In this document: piece by piece, positions 24,669 through 34,445 of the stretch
Layout: each line of letters starts with the position of its first letter
Position numbering within the stretch: position 1 is the stretch's first letter
Source: Thiobacillus sp. 65-29
GTDB taxonomy: Bacteria > Pseudomonadota > Gammaproteobacteria > Burkholderiales > Thiobacillaceae
Assembly: GCA_001899775.1 (NCBI GenBank)
Contig: MKWN01000028.1
Span: 15,612 to 79,611, forward strand
Direction: 5' to 3'
Length of the DNA: 64,000 nt
Notes under the pieces: generated by a model
What the model was told of the DNA's origin: nothing
What the model saw: only the letters and a program-made list of their open reading frames with translations
Databases searched by the model: none
Made by a program: the position numbers and the translations under genes

Positions 24669-25430
24669 TTGGCCGCGTTCCGGCGCGTCTTCATCACCGG
24701 CGCGAGTTCCGGGCTGGGCGCGGCGTTGGCGCGCCATTACGGCGCCAGCGGTGCCACGCTCGGCCTGCTCGGACGCCGCCGCGACGCCCTCGAAGCCACC
24801 GCCAACGGGCTCGACGCCCGCCTCTACCTCGCCGACGTGCGCAACGCCTCCGCCATGCAGGCGGCAGCGGCGGCCTTCGTCACCGAGTGCGGCCCGCCCG
24901 ACTTGGTCATTGCCGCCGCCGGCATCAGCGTCGGCACGCTCACCGAAAATTCCGCAGACGCCGCGGTCTTCCGCGCCGTGATGGACGCCAACGTGCTCGG
25001 CCTGGTGCACACCTTCCAGCCCTTCATCCCTGTCCTCACTCGCGACAGCGTGCTGTGCGGCATTTCCAGCGTCGCAGGGGTGCGCGGCCTGCCCGGTGGC
25101 GGCGCGTATTCGGCGTCGAAGGCCGCCGCCACCGTCTACCTCGAAGCGCTGCGCCTGGAAATGAAGGCGCGCGGCATCGCCGTGGTCACCGTCGCCCCCG
25201 GCTACATCGACACGCCGATGACGCGCGTGAACCCCTATCCCATGCCGTTTCGCCTTGCCGCCGACGATGCCGCCCGGCGCGTCGCGCGCTGCATCGCCCG
25301 CCGCCGCAGCTACGCCGTTATCCCGTGGCAGATGGCCTGGGTGGCGCGTGCAATGAAATGGCTGCCAAATCCCGCGTTTGATTTATTATTCGAGAAGGCG
25401 CCGCGCAAACCGCGCGGTCTGCCGACGTGA
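24669..25430 (+). CDS. SDR family oxidoreductase
   Basis: TGASSGLG, YSASK; TTG start. Confidence 0.9.
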   Translation: MAAFRRVFITGASSGLGAALARHYGASGATLGLLGRRRDALEATANGLDARLYLADVRNASAMQAAAAAFVTECGPPDLVIAAAGISVGTLTENSADAAVFRAVMDANVLGLVHTFQPFIPVLTRDSVLCGISSVAGVRGLPGGGAYSASKAAATVYLEALRLEMKARGIAVVTVAPGYIDTPMTRVNPYPMPFRLAADDAARRVARCIARRRSYAVIPWQMAWVARAMKWLPNPAFDLLFEKAPRKPRGLPT

Positions 25431-25461
25431 CGACGAAAACAAGACGACCGGAGGAGTCCCC

Positions 25462-26094
25462 ATGCCTGCGCCCCTGAACATCATCCTGATCGACGATCAC
25501 CCGCTGCTGCGCATGGGCGTCGCCGGCTACATCCAGCAGGAACCCGATCTGCGCCTCACCGCACAGCACGCCAACGCCGCCGAATTGCGCGCCTGGCTCG
25601 CCGCCGGCCACCGGGCGGACGCCGCCCTGCTCGACCGTTCGCTGCCCGACGCCGACGGCCTCGATCTCGTTTCCGAGCTGCGCGACCTCGGCATCAAGGT
25701 GATCATGCTCACCATCGCCGATTCCGACGAGGAAATCTCCGAAGCGATCTCCTCCGGCGTCGACGGCTACGTCATCAAGTCGAGCGACCCCGAGCAGGTG
25801 CTCGCCGCCATCCGCAGCGTGTGCGACGGCCAGAGCAGCTTTCCGCTCAACGTCATGCAGAAGATGGCGCGCGGCGAACTCGCCAACAGCGCGCTCGCCT
25901 CGCTCACCGCACGCGAGATGGAAATCGTCGACCACGTCAAGGAAGGCCTGTCCAACAAGGCCATCGCCTACAAGATGACGCTGTCGGAAAACACCGTGCG
26001 CAACCACCTGCGCAACATCATGGAGAAGCTTGGCCTCAGAAACCGCGTGCAGGTCGCCACGCTCGCGCTGAAGGAAGACCGCAAGCGGCACTGA
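25462..26094 (+). CDS. NarL/LuxR-family response regulator (no adjacent kinase)
   Basis: GGAGGAG RBS; IDDH receiver, LLD, LTAREMEIV..G.SNKAIA HTH. Confidence 0.92.
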   Translation: MPAPLNIILIDDHPLLRMGVAGYIQQEPDLRLTAQHANAAELRAWLAAGHRADAALLDRSLPDADGLDLVSELRDLGIKVIMLTIADSDEEISEAISSGVDGYVIKSSDPEQVLAAIRSVCDGQSSFPLNVMQKMARGELANSALASLTAREMEIVDHVKEGLSNKAIAYKMTLSENTVRNHLRNIMEKLGLRNRVQVATLALKEDRKRH

Positions 26095-26110
26095 GCCGCC
26101 GACATCGCCG

Positions 26111-26524
26111 TCAGGCGTCGAGCTTCACCTTGCACAGCGGCGTCTCGTGGGGATCGAGCGCATGGCGCGCCACCGTGGCGAACAGCGCGTGGATTTCCTC
26201 GAAGCTGAAGCAGGCCATCAGGCGCTGCGCGACGTCCGGCGCCACCGGTACCGTGGTGGACCGACCGTCCGGCAGGTCCAGGCGAAAACCCGCCACATGC
26301 TTCGCCGCCTCTCCGTCGGACGCATCCACCTGGCGCGCCTCCTCGTCCTGCAGCGCGTCGTAGCAGGCTTCCAGCTCGGCTTCCGTGTCCGCCGGCAGGT
26401 CCTCCGGCACCGCCGCCACCAGCCCCAGGCTGTCGTCGCTGAGCGCACAGGCAACACCCAGCTCGCGCGCCCGCGCAACGAAGCGCTCGCGCAGTGCGGC
26501 ATCGAAAAACATGTATTCGAGCAT
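26111..26524 (-). CDS. Hypothetical acidic cytoplasmic protein
   Basis: MLEYMFFD... 137 aa, natural composition; CATAAT -10-like element upstream. Confidence 0.7.
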   Translation of the reverse strand: MLEYMFFDAALRERFVARARELGVACALSDDSLGLVAAVPEDLPADTEAELEACYDALQDEEARQVDASDGEAAKHVAGFRLDLPDGRSTTVPVAPDVAQRLMACFSFEEIHALFATVARHALDPHETPLCKVKLDA

Positions 26525-26556
26525 GATCAGGATCCGTGGGTCGAGACAAAAGATCA

Positions 26557-29142
26557 TTATGCGCGCATCACCTTGTAGAAGGAGCGCTTGAGGATTTCGG
26601 CCGCACCGATATAGCCCGCCACGATCAACCCCATCAGCGCCAGGAACAGCCACGGCAGCGGGGGAAAACCGAACACCGCGCCGAGCGGTGTGTAAGGCAG
26701 CACGACCGCGGCGATCACCACACCGAGCGTCGCCAGGGCCAGCGCCCGGGATGGCGGGCTTTGCCAGAAGGGGCTGCGCGTGCGGACGACCAGCACCACG
26801 AGGGCGGCGGAAACCACCGACTCGACGAACCAGCCGATGCGAAACAGCTCCGGTGACGCCTGCAGGACGCAGTACAGCAGCGCGAACGTCAGGTAGTCGA
26901 AGACGGAACTGAGCAGGCCGAAACGGATCATGAAACGGCGAATGAAGCGGAGGTCCCAGCGCAGCGGCCGTTCCACGGCCTGTGCGTCCACGCGGTCGGT
27001 GGCGATGGTCATTTCCGGCAGATCCGTCAGCAGGTTGGTGAGCAGGATCTGCTTGGGGAGCAGCGGCAGGAAGGGCAGGAGGAGCGACGCTCCGGCCATG
27101 CTGAACATGTTGCCGAAATTGGCGCTGGTGGCCATGAAGACGTATTTCTGCGTGTTGGCGAACGTCACACGGCCTTCCCGCACGCCGTCGGCCAGCACCG
27201 CCAGGTCCGGCTCCAGCAGGACGATGTCGGCGGCCTGTTTGGCAACATCGGCCGCGCCCTGCACCGAGAGGCCGACATCCGCGGCATGCAGGGCCGGCGC
27301 GTCGTTGATGCCGTCGCCCATGTAGCCCACGACCTGTCCCGCCTTGCGCAGGGCGCGGATGATGCGTTCCTTCTGGTTCGGTTCGACCTCGGCGAAGATA
27401 TCGGTGTCGCGCGCCCGTTGCGGCAGCGCATCGTCGCTCACCTGGCGCAGGGCCTGGCCGCTGAGGATTTTCGCACCGGACAGGCCGACCTGGGCGGCGA
27501 CCGCCTGCGCCACCAGCGGGTTGTCGCCGGTGATGATTTTCAACGCGACGCCGAGGCCGCGCAGTTCCTCGATGGTGTGTGCAATCCCGCTTTTCGGCGG
27601 ATCGGCGAACAGCAGGAACCCCACGAAGCGCATGCCGGCCTCGTCCTCGCGCGCGATGGTGGTGCGGCCCGGCAGATTCCTGATCGCCAGGCCGAGCGTG
27701 CGCACCCCGCGGGCGCTGAACGCCGCGTACTGCGCAAGAAGCGCCTCGTGTCGCGGCGCGTCGATCGGGACGGCGTCACCGTTGGGCAGTTCCAGCGCGG
27801 TACACGCGGCCAACACCTGGGTCAGCGCACCCTTGGTGAGCATGACGGGCTGCGCCTCCATTTCCACCAGTACGCTCAGGCGCTTGCGGGTGAAGTCGTA
27901 AGGAATTTCATCCAGGCGGCGGATGTCCGTCGCAGGCTGCCCGGCCGCCGCCAGGATGGCCGCGTCGATGGGGCTGTTGAATCCCGTCTGGAAGGCCGCA
28001 TTGAGTCCAGCAAGCCGCAGCACCCGCGCACTCGCCCCGCCTTCCGTGTCCAGCGCGGCATCCAGCCGCACCGTGCCTTCGGTGAGTGTGCCCGTCTTGT
28101 CCGAGCACAGCACGTTCATGCTGCCGAAATTCTCGATCGAGGCCAGCCGTTTGACGATCACCTTGCGCGCCGCCATGCGCTGGGCGCCACGCGCCAGATT
28201 CACGCTGATGATGGCCGGCAGGAGCTCGGGCGTGAGGCCAACCGCGAGCGCCAGCGCGAACAGGAAGGAATCGAGCACCGGACGATGCAGGTACACGTTG
28301 AACCCGAAGATGAGGATCACCATGATCAGCGTCACGCGGATCAGCAGCATGCCGAACCGGCGTACGCCGCGCTCGAAATCCGTCTCTTCCGGACGCAGCT
28401 GCAGCCGGTCGGCGATGGCGCCGAACTGGGTGTCGCGTCCGCTGCGCACCACCAGCATACGGCCGACGCCGCTGACCACATGCGTACCCTGAAACAGCGC
28501 ATTCACGCGACGTGCCAGCGGCGTGTCCGCCGGCACCGCGCCGGGCATCTTCTCGACCGGAAACGTCTCGCCGGTGAGCGTCGCTTCGTTGACGAACAGA
28601 TCGCGGGCTTCGAGCAGGCGGCCATCGGCGGGGACGCTGGATCCCGCCGACAGCATGACCACGTCGCCCGGCACCACCTCGGTGAGCGCAACCCGCGCGA
28701 TCACGCCGTCACGCAGGACATCGGTCTGTACCGCCACCAGCTTCTTCAGGCTGGCCACGGCGGTCGCGGCACGGAACTCCTGCCAGAATCCCAGCAAGGC
28801 GCTGATCAGCACGATGATGAGGATGATGATGCCGTCGGTGGCGTCGCGCAGGGCGAAGGAAAGGCAGGCCGCGGCGATCAGGATCAGCACCACCGGCGAG
28901 CTGATCTGGCGCCACAGCAGCGGCACGACGTGTGCGGCGCCTTCTTCCCTGAGCGCGTTTCTGCCGTGGCGTCGCAGGCGCGCGGCGGCTTCCGCACCGG
29001 TCAGCCCGTCGCTGCCGGAGCCCGTTTCCCGCAGGAGTTCGCCAAGATCGGTCGCCCACCAGGAACCGTTGTCCGCCGGCCGCTCATTCATGCGCGAGGC
29101 ATCTCCCGCAGTTGGCGCACCTTCCAGCCGGGGGGTCTTCAT
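26557..29142 (-). CDS. mgtA: Magnesium-translocating P-type ATPase
   Basis: LTGET, GLTPELLP, CSDKTGTLT, GDGINDAP, TSANFGNMFS; ATGA overlap with acvB. Confidence 0.92.
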   Translation of the reverse strand: MKTPRLEGAPTAGDASRMNERPADNGSWWATDLGELLRETGSGSDGLTGAEAAARLRRHGRNALREEGAAHVVPLLWRQISSPVVLILIAAACLSFALRDATDGIIILIIVLISALLGFWQEFRAATAVASLKKLVAVQTDVLRDGVIARVALTEVVPGDVVMLSAGSSVPADGRLLEARDLFVNEATLTGETFPVEKMPGAVPADTPLARRVNALFQGTHVVSGVGRMLVVRSGRDTQFGAIADRLQLRPEETDFERGVRRFGMLLIRVTLIMVILIFGFNVYLHRPVLDSFLFALALAVGLTPELLPAIISVNLARGAQRMAARKVIVKRLASIENFGSMNVLCSDKTGTLTEGTVRLDAALDTEGGASARVLRLAGLNAAFQTGFNSPIDAAILAAAGQPATDIRRLDEIPYDFTRKRLSVLVEMEAQPVMLTKGALTQVLAACTALELPNGDAVPIDAPRHEALLAQYAAFSARGVRTLGLAIRNLPGRTTIAREDEAGMRFVGFLLFADPPKSGIAHTIEELRGLGVALKIITGDNPLVAQAVAAQVGLSGAKILSGQALRQVSDDALPQRARDTDIFAEVEPNQKERIIRALRKAGQVVGYMGDGINDAPALHAADVGLSVQGAADVAKQAADIVLLEPDLAVLADGVREGRVTFANTQKYVFMATSANFGNMFSMAGASLLLPFLPLLPKQILLTNLLTDLPEMTIATDRVDAQAVERPLRWDLRFIRRFMIRFGLLSSVFDYLTFALLYCVLQASPELFRIGWFVESVVSAALVVLVVRTRSPFWQSPPSRALALATLGVVIAAVVLPYTPLGAVFGFPPLPWLFLALMGLIVAGYIGAAEILKRSFYKVMRA

Positions 29143-30605
29143 CGCGTGGCGTACTCCAGGATCGATCGCACGATCGCCGCGTAGTCCCCGCCGAAGTGAT
29201 GGCCGCCGCCGAGGGGAACGGCACGCAAACGGGGGCGCGCGAGGGCCGCGCAGAGGGAATCGCGCTCCTCGGCACCATAAAGACAGAGCGTCGATGCATC
29301 CGTCATGCGCTCGACCTCGTGCCTGACGGCAGGACCGGCACCCTCGACGCCCGGAATCCAGCCGGTGACGTGAATCTCGAAGCTTGCCCGGCTGCCGGGT
29401 CCGAGCAGGTTCACGCTGCGTACCGCGGCGCGCGTCGCTTCCGGCAGCCGCGTGTAGAGAAACGGCAGCACGTCCGCGCCGAAGGAGTAACCGATGAGCA
29501 GCACGTGCGGGCGCCGCCACACCCGGCTGTAGTTGGCGATGACGCGTTCGAGATCGCGCGCCGCGCCTTCCGGCGTGCGCGGACGCCAGAAATACCGGAG
29601 CGAATTCAAGCCGACCACGGGAATGCCGCGCGCGGCCAGCGCCCCTGCCACGTCCTGATCCAGCCCCGCCCAGCCGCCGTCACCGGTCAGCAGCACGGCG
29701 AAGAGGTCCTGCAGATCGGCGGCCGGCCCGGCTGTCGCAGGCACCGTGACGAGGGGAAGGTCGTCGAGCGCCGGCAACGACGCCACCGGTGCGGGTGCAG
29801 CCAGTTCGGCATACGCCGACCTGAACTCAGGCAACCAGTTGCGCTCCACCGAGAAGCCGTGGCCGACCTTCGGCAGCGCCACGAGCCTGGCGTTTCCCGT
29901 GCGGGCGACGAAACTTCGCGTCGTGTTCGCGTCGCACACCTGATCGATGTCGCCCTGGAAGGCGACCCAGGGCGTCGCATTCCGCGGCGCAGGTGCGAAC
30001 ACCACGCCTTTGAGCGTCTGCGGTGCGCCGCGCGTCGCGGATTCGGTCGCGTAGTCGAGGCCGCTGCCCCGGCACGGCTTGCGCGTGAGGGGAAGGTCCG
30101 GACAGAAGCCGAGACTCAGCGCCCCGGCGAAGGTGCCTTTCGGCGCTTGTACCGCAGTCGCGTAGACCAGGGTCGCTCCGGAGGAATAGCCGATCAGGAC
30201 CGGCGGCAGGTAGTCCCGCAGTTCGAGCCGTCGCTGCACGGCGTGCGCCAGGTTTTCGAAATCGACGGCGAAATCGTGGCAGGTCTCCGTCGCCGCGGCG
30301 ATGTTCCGCAGATAGTCGCGGATGTCGATGCCCACGACGATGGCGTCCATGTCCAGCAGATGGCGTGCCATGTCGACCACGCCGAGATTCCAGCCGCCGT
30401 CACCGGAAACGAACAGCGCGACACGGGTGGCGCGGGTGGCGGGCTGGTAGACGGTGACTTCGCCGAACGGCGCATGGCGAAACCTGATTTCGCCGGCGAG
30501 GGCGGGCGCGGGGGTGGCGATCGGAGAAAACGCCAGCAGCACGACGGCCGCCGCGGCCATCAGCGCGCTCCGTGCAAGCGTCGATCCGCCCGACCTGCCC
30601 CTCAT
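29139..30605 (-). CDS. acvB: AcvB/VirJ-family periplasmic hydrolase (two alpha/beta domains)
   Basis: Signal peptide; SGDGGW and TGDGGW; GYSSGA and GYSFGA; GGHHFGGDY; ATGA overlap with mprF. Confidence 0.88.
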   Translation of the reverse strand: MRGRSGGSTLARSALMAAAAVVLLAFSPIATPAPALAGEIRFRHAPFGEVTVYQPATRATRVALFVSGDGGWNLGVVDMARHLLDMDAIVVGIDIRDYLRNIAAATETCHDFAVDFENLAHAVQRRLELRDYLPPVLIGYSSGATLVYATAVQAPKGTFAGALSLGFCPDLPLTRKPCRGSGLDYATESATRGAPQTLKGVVFAPAPRNATPWVAFQGDIDQVCDANTTRSFVARTGNARLVALPKVGHGFSVERNWLPEFRSAYAELAAPAPVASLPALDDLPLVTVPATAGPAADLQDLFAVLLTGDGGWAGLDQDVAGALAARGIPVVGLNSLRYFWRPRTPEGAARDLERVIANYSRVWRRPHVLLIGYSFGADVLPFLYTRLPEATRAAVRSVNLLGPGSRASFEIHVTGWIPGVEGAGPAVRHEVERMTDASTLCLYGAEERDSLCAALARPRLRAVPLGGGHHFGGDYAAIVRSILEYATR

Positions 30606-33172
30606 CGGAAGATCCTCCAGTAGCCGCCCGCCGAGAGTGCGGCGACGTCCGCCAGCACGAGAAGCAGGGAGGCTTTCCCAGGATAGGCGATATAGCGCGG
30701 CTCCCACACCGGGTGGAACTTTTCCTTGTACGCGCGCAGGCCCTCGAAGTTGTAGAACGCCTCCCCGTGCCGGTAGATGACCTTGCCCAGGCGCAGCCAC
30801 GCGGAGGAGACCGGCGAGACTTCGAGGCCGGAAAGCGGCGCCATGCCCAGATTGAACCAGCGATAGCCGCGCTCGCGTCCCCACGCGAGCAGGTAGGCGA
30901 ACAGGCCATCCATCGTGCCGTTCGGCGCGCTCGACGCGAAACGCATCAGATCGATCGAGAGTTCCTCGCGCGACGCCCCGCACAGCAGGTTGGCAAAGGC
31001 GACGATGCGGCCCGCATATTCGATCACCGCGACCGGCTGGCGCACCAGATAGTCGGCGTCGAAAAAGCCCAGCGAGAAACCCTTTTCGCTCGCCGATTTC
31101 CGCAGCAGCCAGTCATCCGAAACCGCCTTGAGCTGCGGCAGGATCGCCGCCACCTCGTTGGCTTCCACGACGCGAAAGCGCGCGCCTTCCCGTTCCAGGC
31201 GGTTCACGGTTGCGCGCAGCCCCTTGTGACGGCTGCCCGTGAGCGAGAAATCCTGCAGCGGCACACGCGCTTCCTCGCCGAGCTTGGCGAAACTCAGGCC
31301 GAAGTCGGCGTACAGGGACAACTGCGCCGGCCTGACCTGATAGAACACGGGTACGCCGCCGTGGTCATCGGCACGCTCGACGAAGGCGCGGACGAGCCCC
31401 GGCGCTGCCGCAGGCGGCCCCACCGGATCACCCACGGCCGCCCAGGTACGCCCGTGTACGCCGTACATAAGGAAAGCGGTGCGCGTGCTGTCGAAGAGAA
31501 GCGCCTTGTCGCGCAGCCAGACCAGTTGCGGCAGGGTGTGGGGCTGGGCGTCGATGACGCGCGCCGCTGCGGCGAGCGCGTCGGCGCCGGGGGGTGCCGT
31601 ACCGGGGGCGAGGGGATGCAGCAGACGCCACAGCGCGAATCCCAGCAGGGCCACCGCCGCGCCCAGGCTCGCGCGCATGAAGCGCGGTGCATCGTGGTCC
31701 AGCGCCACCTGCCACCACAGCTCATGGGAATATTCGACGTGACGGAAGGCGAAAATGCCGAGCCACACGGCAGCCCCGAAGGCGGTGACGATGGCGACGA
31801 TCCAGCCCGGCGAAAACCGCGTATCGAACAAGGCGGCGCGGCGATCGAAAAAGCTGCGGCTCGGCACAAAGGCGGCCAGCAGCACCGCCAGCACGAGCGC
31901 TTCCTCCCAGTCGCCGGCCTTCAGCAGGGACGCCGCAATACCGGCCGCCAGTGCCGCCAGCACCAGATCGTAGGCCAGGCGAATACGGCGCGAGACCGCC
32001 TGCGCCAGCACCAGCAGCGCGACGCCAACCAGGCTGCCCAGAAAGTGCGAGGCCTCGAACACGGCAAGCGGCAGCATCTCTGCCAGCACACGCAGGCGGG
32101 CGTGTTCTGCCGGAGTCGCCCCCGATATCAGCAGGAGCACACCCGCCATGAAGGTGAAGAGCGCCAGCACCCTGGGTGCGAGATGCTGCGACACCCGCGC
32201 GAACGCCTGCCCCAGCTCGAACAGGCGGGCCTGGCGGCTGCGCAGTTCGTCAGCGAGCAAGGCCAGCAGGGCCAGCGTCAGCGGGATGACATAGTAGATC
32301 AGGCGAAACAGCAGCAGAGCCGCGACGATGCGATCCGCCGGCAGGTACGGCGCCAGCAGCACCAGCATCGTGCCTTCGAACACGCCGAGGCCGCCCGGCA
32401 CGTGACTGACGATCCCCAGCACCTGTGCCGCGAGAAAGGCGCCGAGCAGAACACCATAGGACGGCCCGCCTTGCGGCAGCAGGGTGTACAGCACCGCGGC
32501 CGCCAACGCCCAGTCCGCCATCGAGATGAGCAGTTGCGCGAGCGCAAGCGCCGGCCCCGGCACGTGCATCGCGAAGCCACGCACATGAAAAGGCGCACGC
32601 CGCAGCGTCGCCAGCAGGAAGTAGGTCGCGACCAGCGCCAGACATAGTCCACCGAGCCAAGCCAGGCCCGCGTGCGGGAAACCGCCATCGAGCGGGAGAT
32701 GGGGCGCGAACGCGAGGCTCCCACCGGCCAGCGCCAGCAGGCCAAGCCAATAGGTGGTGGAATTGAACACCACGATCCGCGCGAGGTCGGCCACGGACAC
32801 ACCCCAGCGTGAATAGAAGCGGTGGCGCACCGCGGTGCCCGACAGCACCGCGAAGCCGATGCTGTTGCTCAGGGCGTAGCTGAGCGACGCGGTCAGCCCG
32901 ATGCGCCAGGCCCCGACGCGCGACCCGACATGGCGAAATGCCAGCTGGTCGTACGCGCTCAGAACCAGATAGTTGGCCGCGGTGAAGACCAGCGCCCACA
33001 GGACGGCGTCGAGCGGCAGGGCCGCGAGCGCAGCGCGCACCTCGTGGTAATGAACCGCCTGGAGTTCGCGATGAAAAACGCCCACGGCGGCCGCAAACAG
33101 CAGCGCCGCGATCACCGGCGGCAGCCAGGCGCCGATGCGATCCTTGCCGAAGCCGGACGGTTGTACGCTCAT
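30602..33172 (-). CDS. mprF: Bifunctional aminoacyl-phosphatidylglycerol synthase/flippase MprF (LpiA)
   Basis: Polytopic N-terminal half (SHVPGGLGVFE); C-terminal KLGEEA, DLMR, NLGMAPLSG, FYNFEGLRAYKEKF. Start at 33172 or 33199. Confidence 0.92.
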   Translation of the reverse strand: MSVQPSGFGKDRIGAWLPPVIAALLFAAAVGVFHRELQAVHYHEVRAALAALPLDAVLWALVFTAANYLVLSAYDQLAFRHVGSRVGAWRIGLTASLSYALSNSIGFAVLSGTAVRHRFYSRWGVSVADLARIVVFNSTTYWLGLLALAGGSLAFAPHLPLDGGFPHAGLAWLGGLCLALVATYFLLATLRRAPFHVRGFAMHVPGPALALAQLLISMADWALAAAVLYTLLPQGGPSYGVLLGAFLAAQVLGIVSHVPGGLGVFEGTMLVLLAPYLPADRIVAALLLFRLIYYVIPLTLALLALLADELRSRQARLFELGQAFARVSQHLAPRVLALFTFMAGVLLLISGATPAEHARLRVLAEMLPLAVFEASHFLGSLVGVALLVLAQAVSRRIRLAYDLVLAALAAGIAASLLKAGDWEEALVLAVLLAAFVPSRSFFDRRAALFDTRFSPGWIVAIVTAFGAAVWLGIFAFRHVEYSHELWWQVALDHDAPRFMRASLGAAVALLGFALWRLLHPLAPGTAPPGADALAAAARVIDAQPHTLPQLVWLRDKALLFDSTRTAFLMYGVHGRTWAAVGDPVGPPAAAPGLVRAFVERADDHGGVPVFYQVRPAQLSLYADFGLSFAKLGEEARVPLQDFSLTGSRHKGLRATVNRLEREGARFRVVEANEVAAILPQLKAVSDDWLLRKSASEKGFSLGFFDADYLVRQPVAVIEYAGRIVAFANLLCGASREELSIDLMRFASSAPNGTMDGLFAYLLAWGRERGYRWFNLGMAPLSGLEVSPVSSAWLRLGKVIYRHGEAFYNFEGLRAYKEKFHPVWEPRYIAYPGKASLLLVLADVAALSAGGYWRIFR

Positions 33173-33499
33173 CTCGATGGAGGGCGGTTCGTCAATCATA
33201 GACAACGCTGCGGGCAGTCCTGTCATTCTACAAACCAGGACCGGGGTTGGCAGGCAACCCGCCGACAAACCGGCGCCCCGCGCACCGTCAATTCCACGGT
33301 AGCAAATGCCTGGACTTCGCGCACCCTCCGGGGCTCTCCGGACGTGACGTTGCTCGGCGCACACTCCCGGCTGCGTACACCGAACGACGTACAAAGCTCA
33401 GGGAAAGCCTGGACAGACTTGAGACGAGGCTTGCGCGCGACGCCGCGGAGGCGCCCGCTCTCGGGATGAACCCACTTTCAGGACACTCCGATGTTAAAG

Positions 33500-33515
33500 T
33501 GGCAGAACCCGTGCA
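33500..33515 (+). promoter_or_regulatory. Possible sigma54 promoter upstream of the heme protein gene
   Basis: TGGCAGAACCCGTGCA with exact GG-N10-GC spacing, 63 bp before the ATG. Confidence 0.45.
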
Positions 33516-33578
33516 GCGCGGCTCCATTCGCTGAAGGGCAGGCCCCGAATTTCGACAGGACGGAGAGGAAAATTGAAG

Positions 33579-34349
33579 ATGAAAATGAAAATTGCATTGT
33601 TTGCAGGTGCCATGGTGTGGGGCGTTTCGGCCGCAGCAGCCGACCCGGTGGGCGTGCGCGCGAAGGGCGGCTATCCCGAATATCTGTTTCTTGAAAAAGT
33701 CCCGCGTGCCGAGGCGAAGTCCACGGCCGAAAAGCTCGCCAAGGCCGTGATCGGCGGGCGCCTCATCATTTTTGCGTACAGCAAGAAATTGACCGATCCG
33801 GAGCTTGGCGACAAGGGTTTCACGGGTGAGTTCTTCGAGCAGCAGTGGCGCTCGGCACTGGAGGCCGACATGCTCGATGCCACCGCGAGCCAGAAACGGA
33901 TCGTTGAAAAACTCATCTGGGCCGGACGCCAGGTCATCGACAACAACCAGGACCGCCTCAACGTCAAGGGCGTGGCCTGGAAGCATTTCCTGCCGGCGAA
34001 ATGGGAACGCGAAATGGGGCAGGTGTTCACCGCACGCACCGGCATCATCATCAAACAGCCCGGCCGCAACTACCGCAGCCCGGTGAACGTGTCCGACGAG
34101 ATGGAGCTCGCAACCCTGCGCCATTTCGTCGATGCGCCCGTCACCGACAACGCACCGAAGACGGCCTTCTCCACCCTGGGCAAACAGGCCGTGTACCGGC
34201 ATATGGAGCCCATCCGGCTCGTGCCGCCCTGCCTCGCCTGCCACGGGAAACCAAAAGGCGAACCCGACATGCTGGGTTTCGAAAAAGACGGCCTTGAGGC
34301 CGGGGACGTCATCGGCCTCATGAGCGTGACCATCGCGGTCAGCGATTGA
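33579..34349 (+). CDS. Periplasmic DUF3365/Tll0287-like c-type heme protein, stand-alone
   Basis: Signal peptide; NYRSPVN..DE.E; YRHMEPI...CLACHG...G...GDVIG.MSV. Confidence 0.82.
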   Translation: MKMKIALFAGAMVWGVSAAAADPVGVRAKGGYPEYLFLEKVPRAEAKSTAEKLAKAVIGGRLIIFAYSKKLTDPELGDKGFTGEFFEQQWRSALEADMLDATASQKRIVEKLIWAGRQVIDNNQDRLNVKGVAWKHFLPAKWEREMGQVFTARTGIIIKQPGRNYRSPVNVSDEMELATLRHFVDAPVTDNAPKTAFSTLGKQAVYRHMEPIRLVPPCLACHGKPKGEPDMLGFEKDGLEAGDVIGLMSVTIAVSD

Positions 34350-34411
34350 GCCGTCACCGTGTCGACCTTACCAGGCCCCTGCCCGGCCGGGTCGACACGA
34401 ACCCCGTCGAA

Positions 34412-34432
34412 GCCGAACAGCATCTGTTCGGC
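34412..34432. terminator. Hairpin between convergent glmS and heme-protein genes
   Basis: GCCGAACAG-cat-CTGTTCGGC perfect 9-bp stem; no clear U-tract. Confidence 0.4.
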
Positions 34433-34445
34433 GCTTCGCGAAGAC

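Noticed and set aside
33400-33570. Glycine or c-di-GMP riboswitch-like fragments (CTTTCAGG, GCTGAAGGGCA, GCAAA)
   Set aside because: Order and pairing do not reproduce either consensus and the downstream gene is atypical; an Infernal search would be needed.
34350-34445. Tn7-like transposon inserted at glmS
   Set aside because: No terminal TnsB-site repeats, target duplication or tns genes are recognisable.
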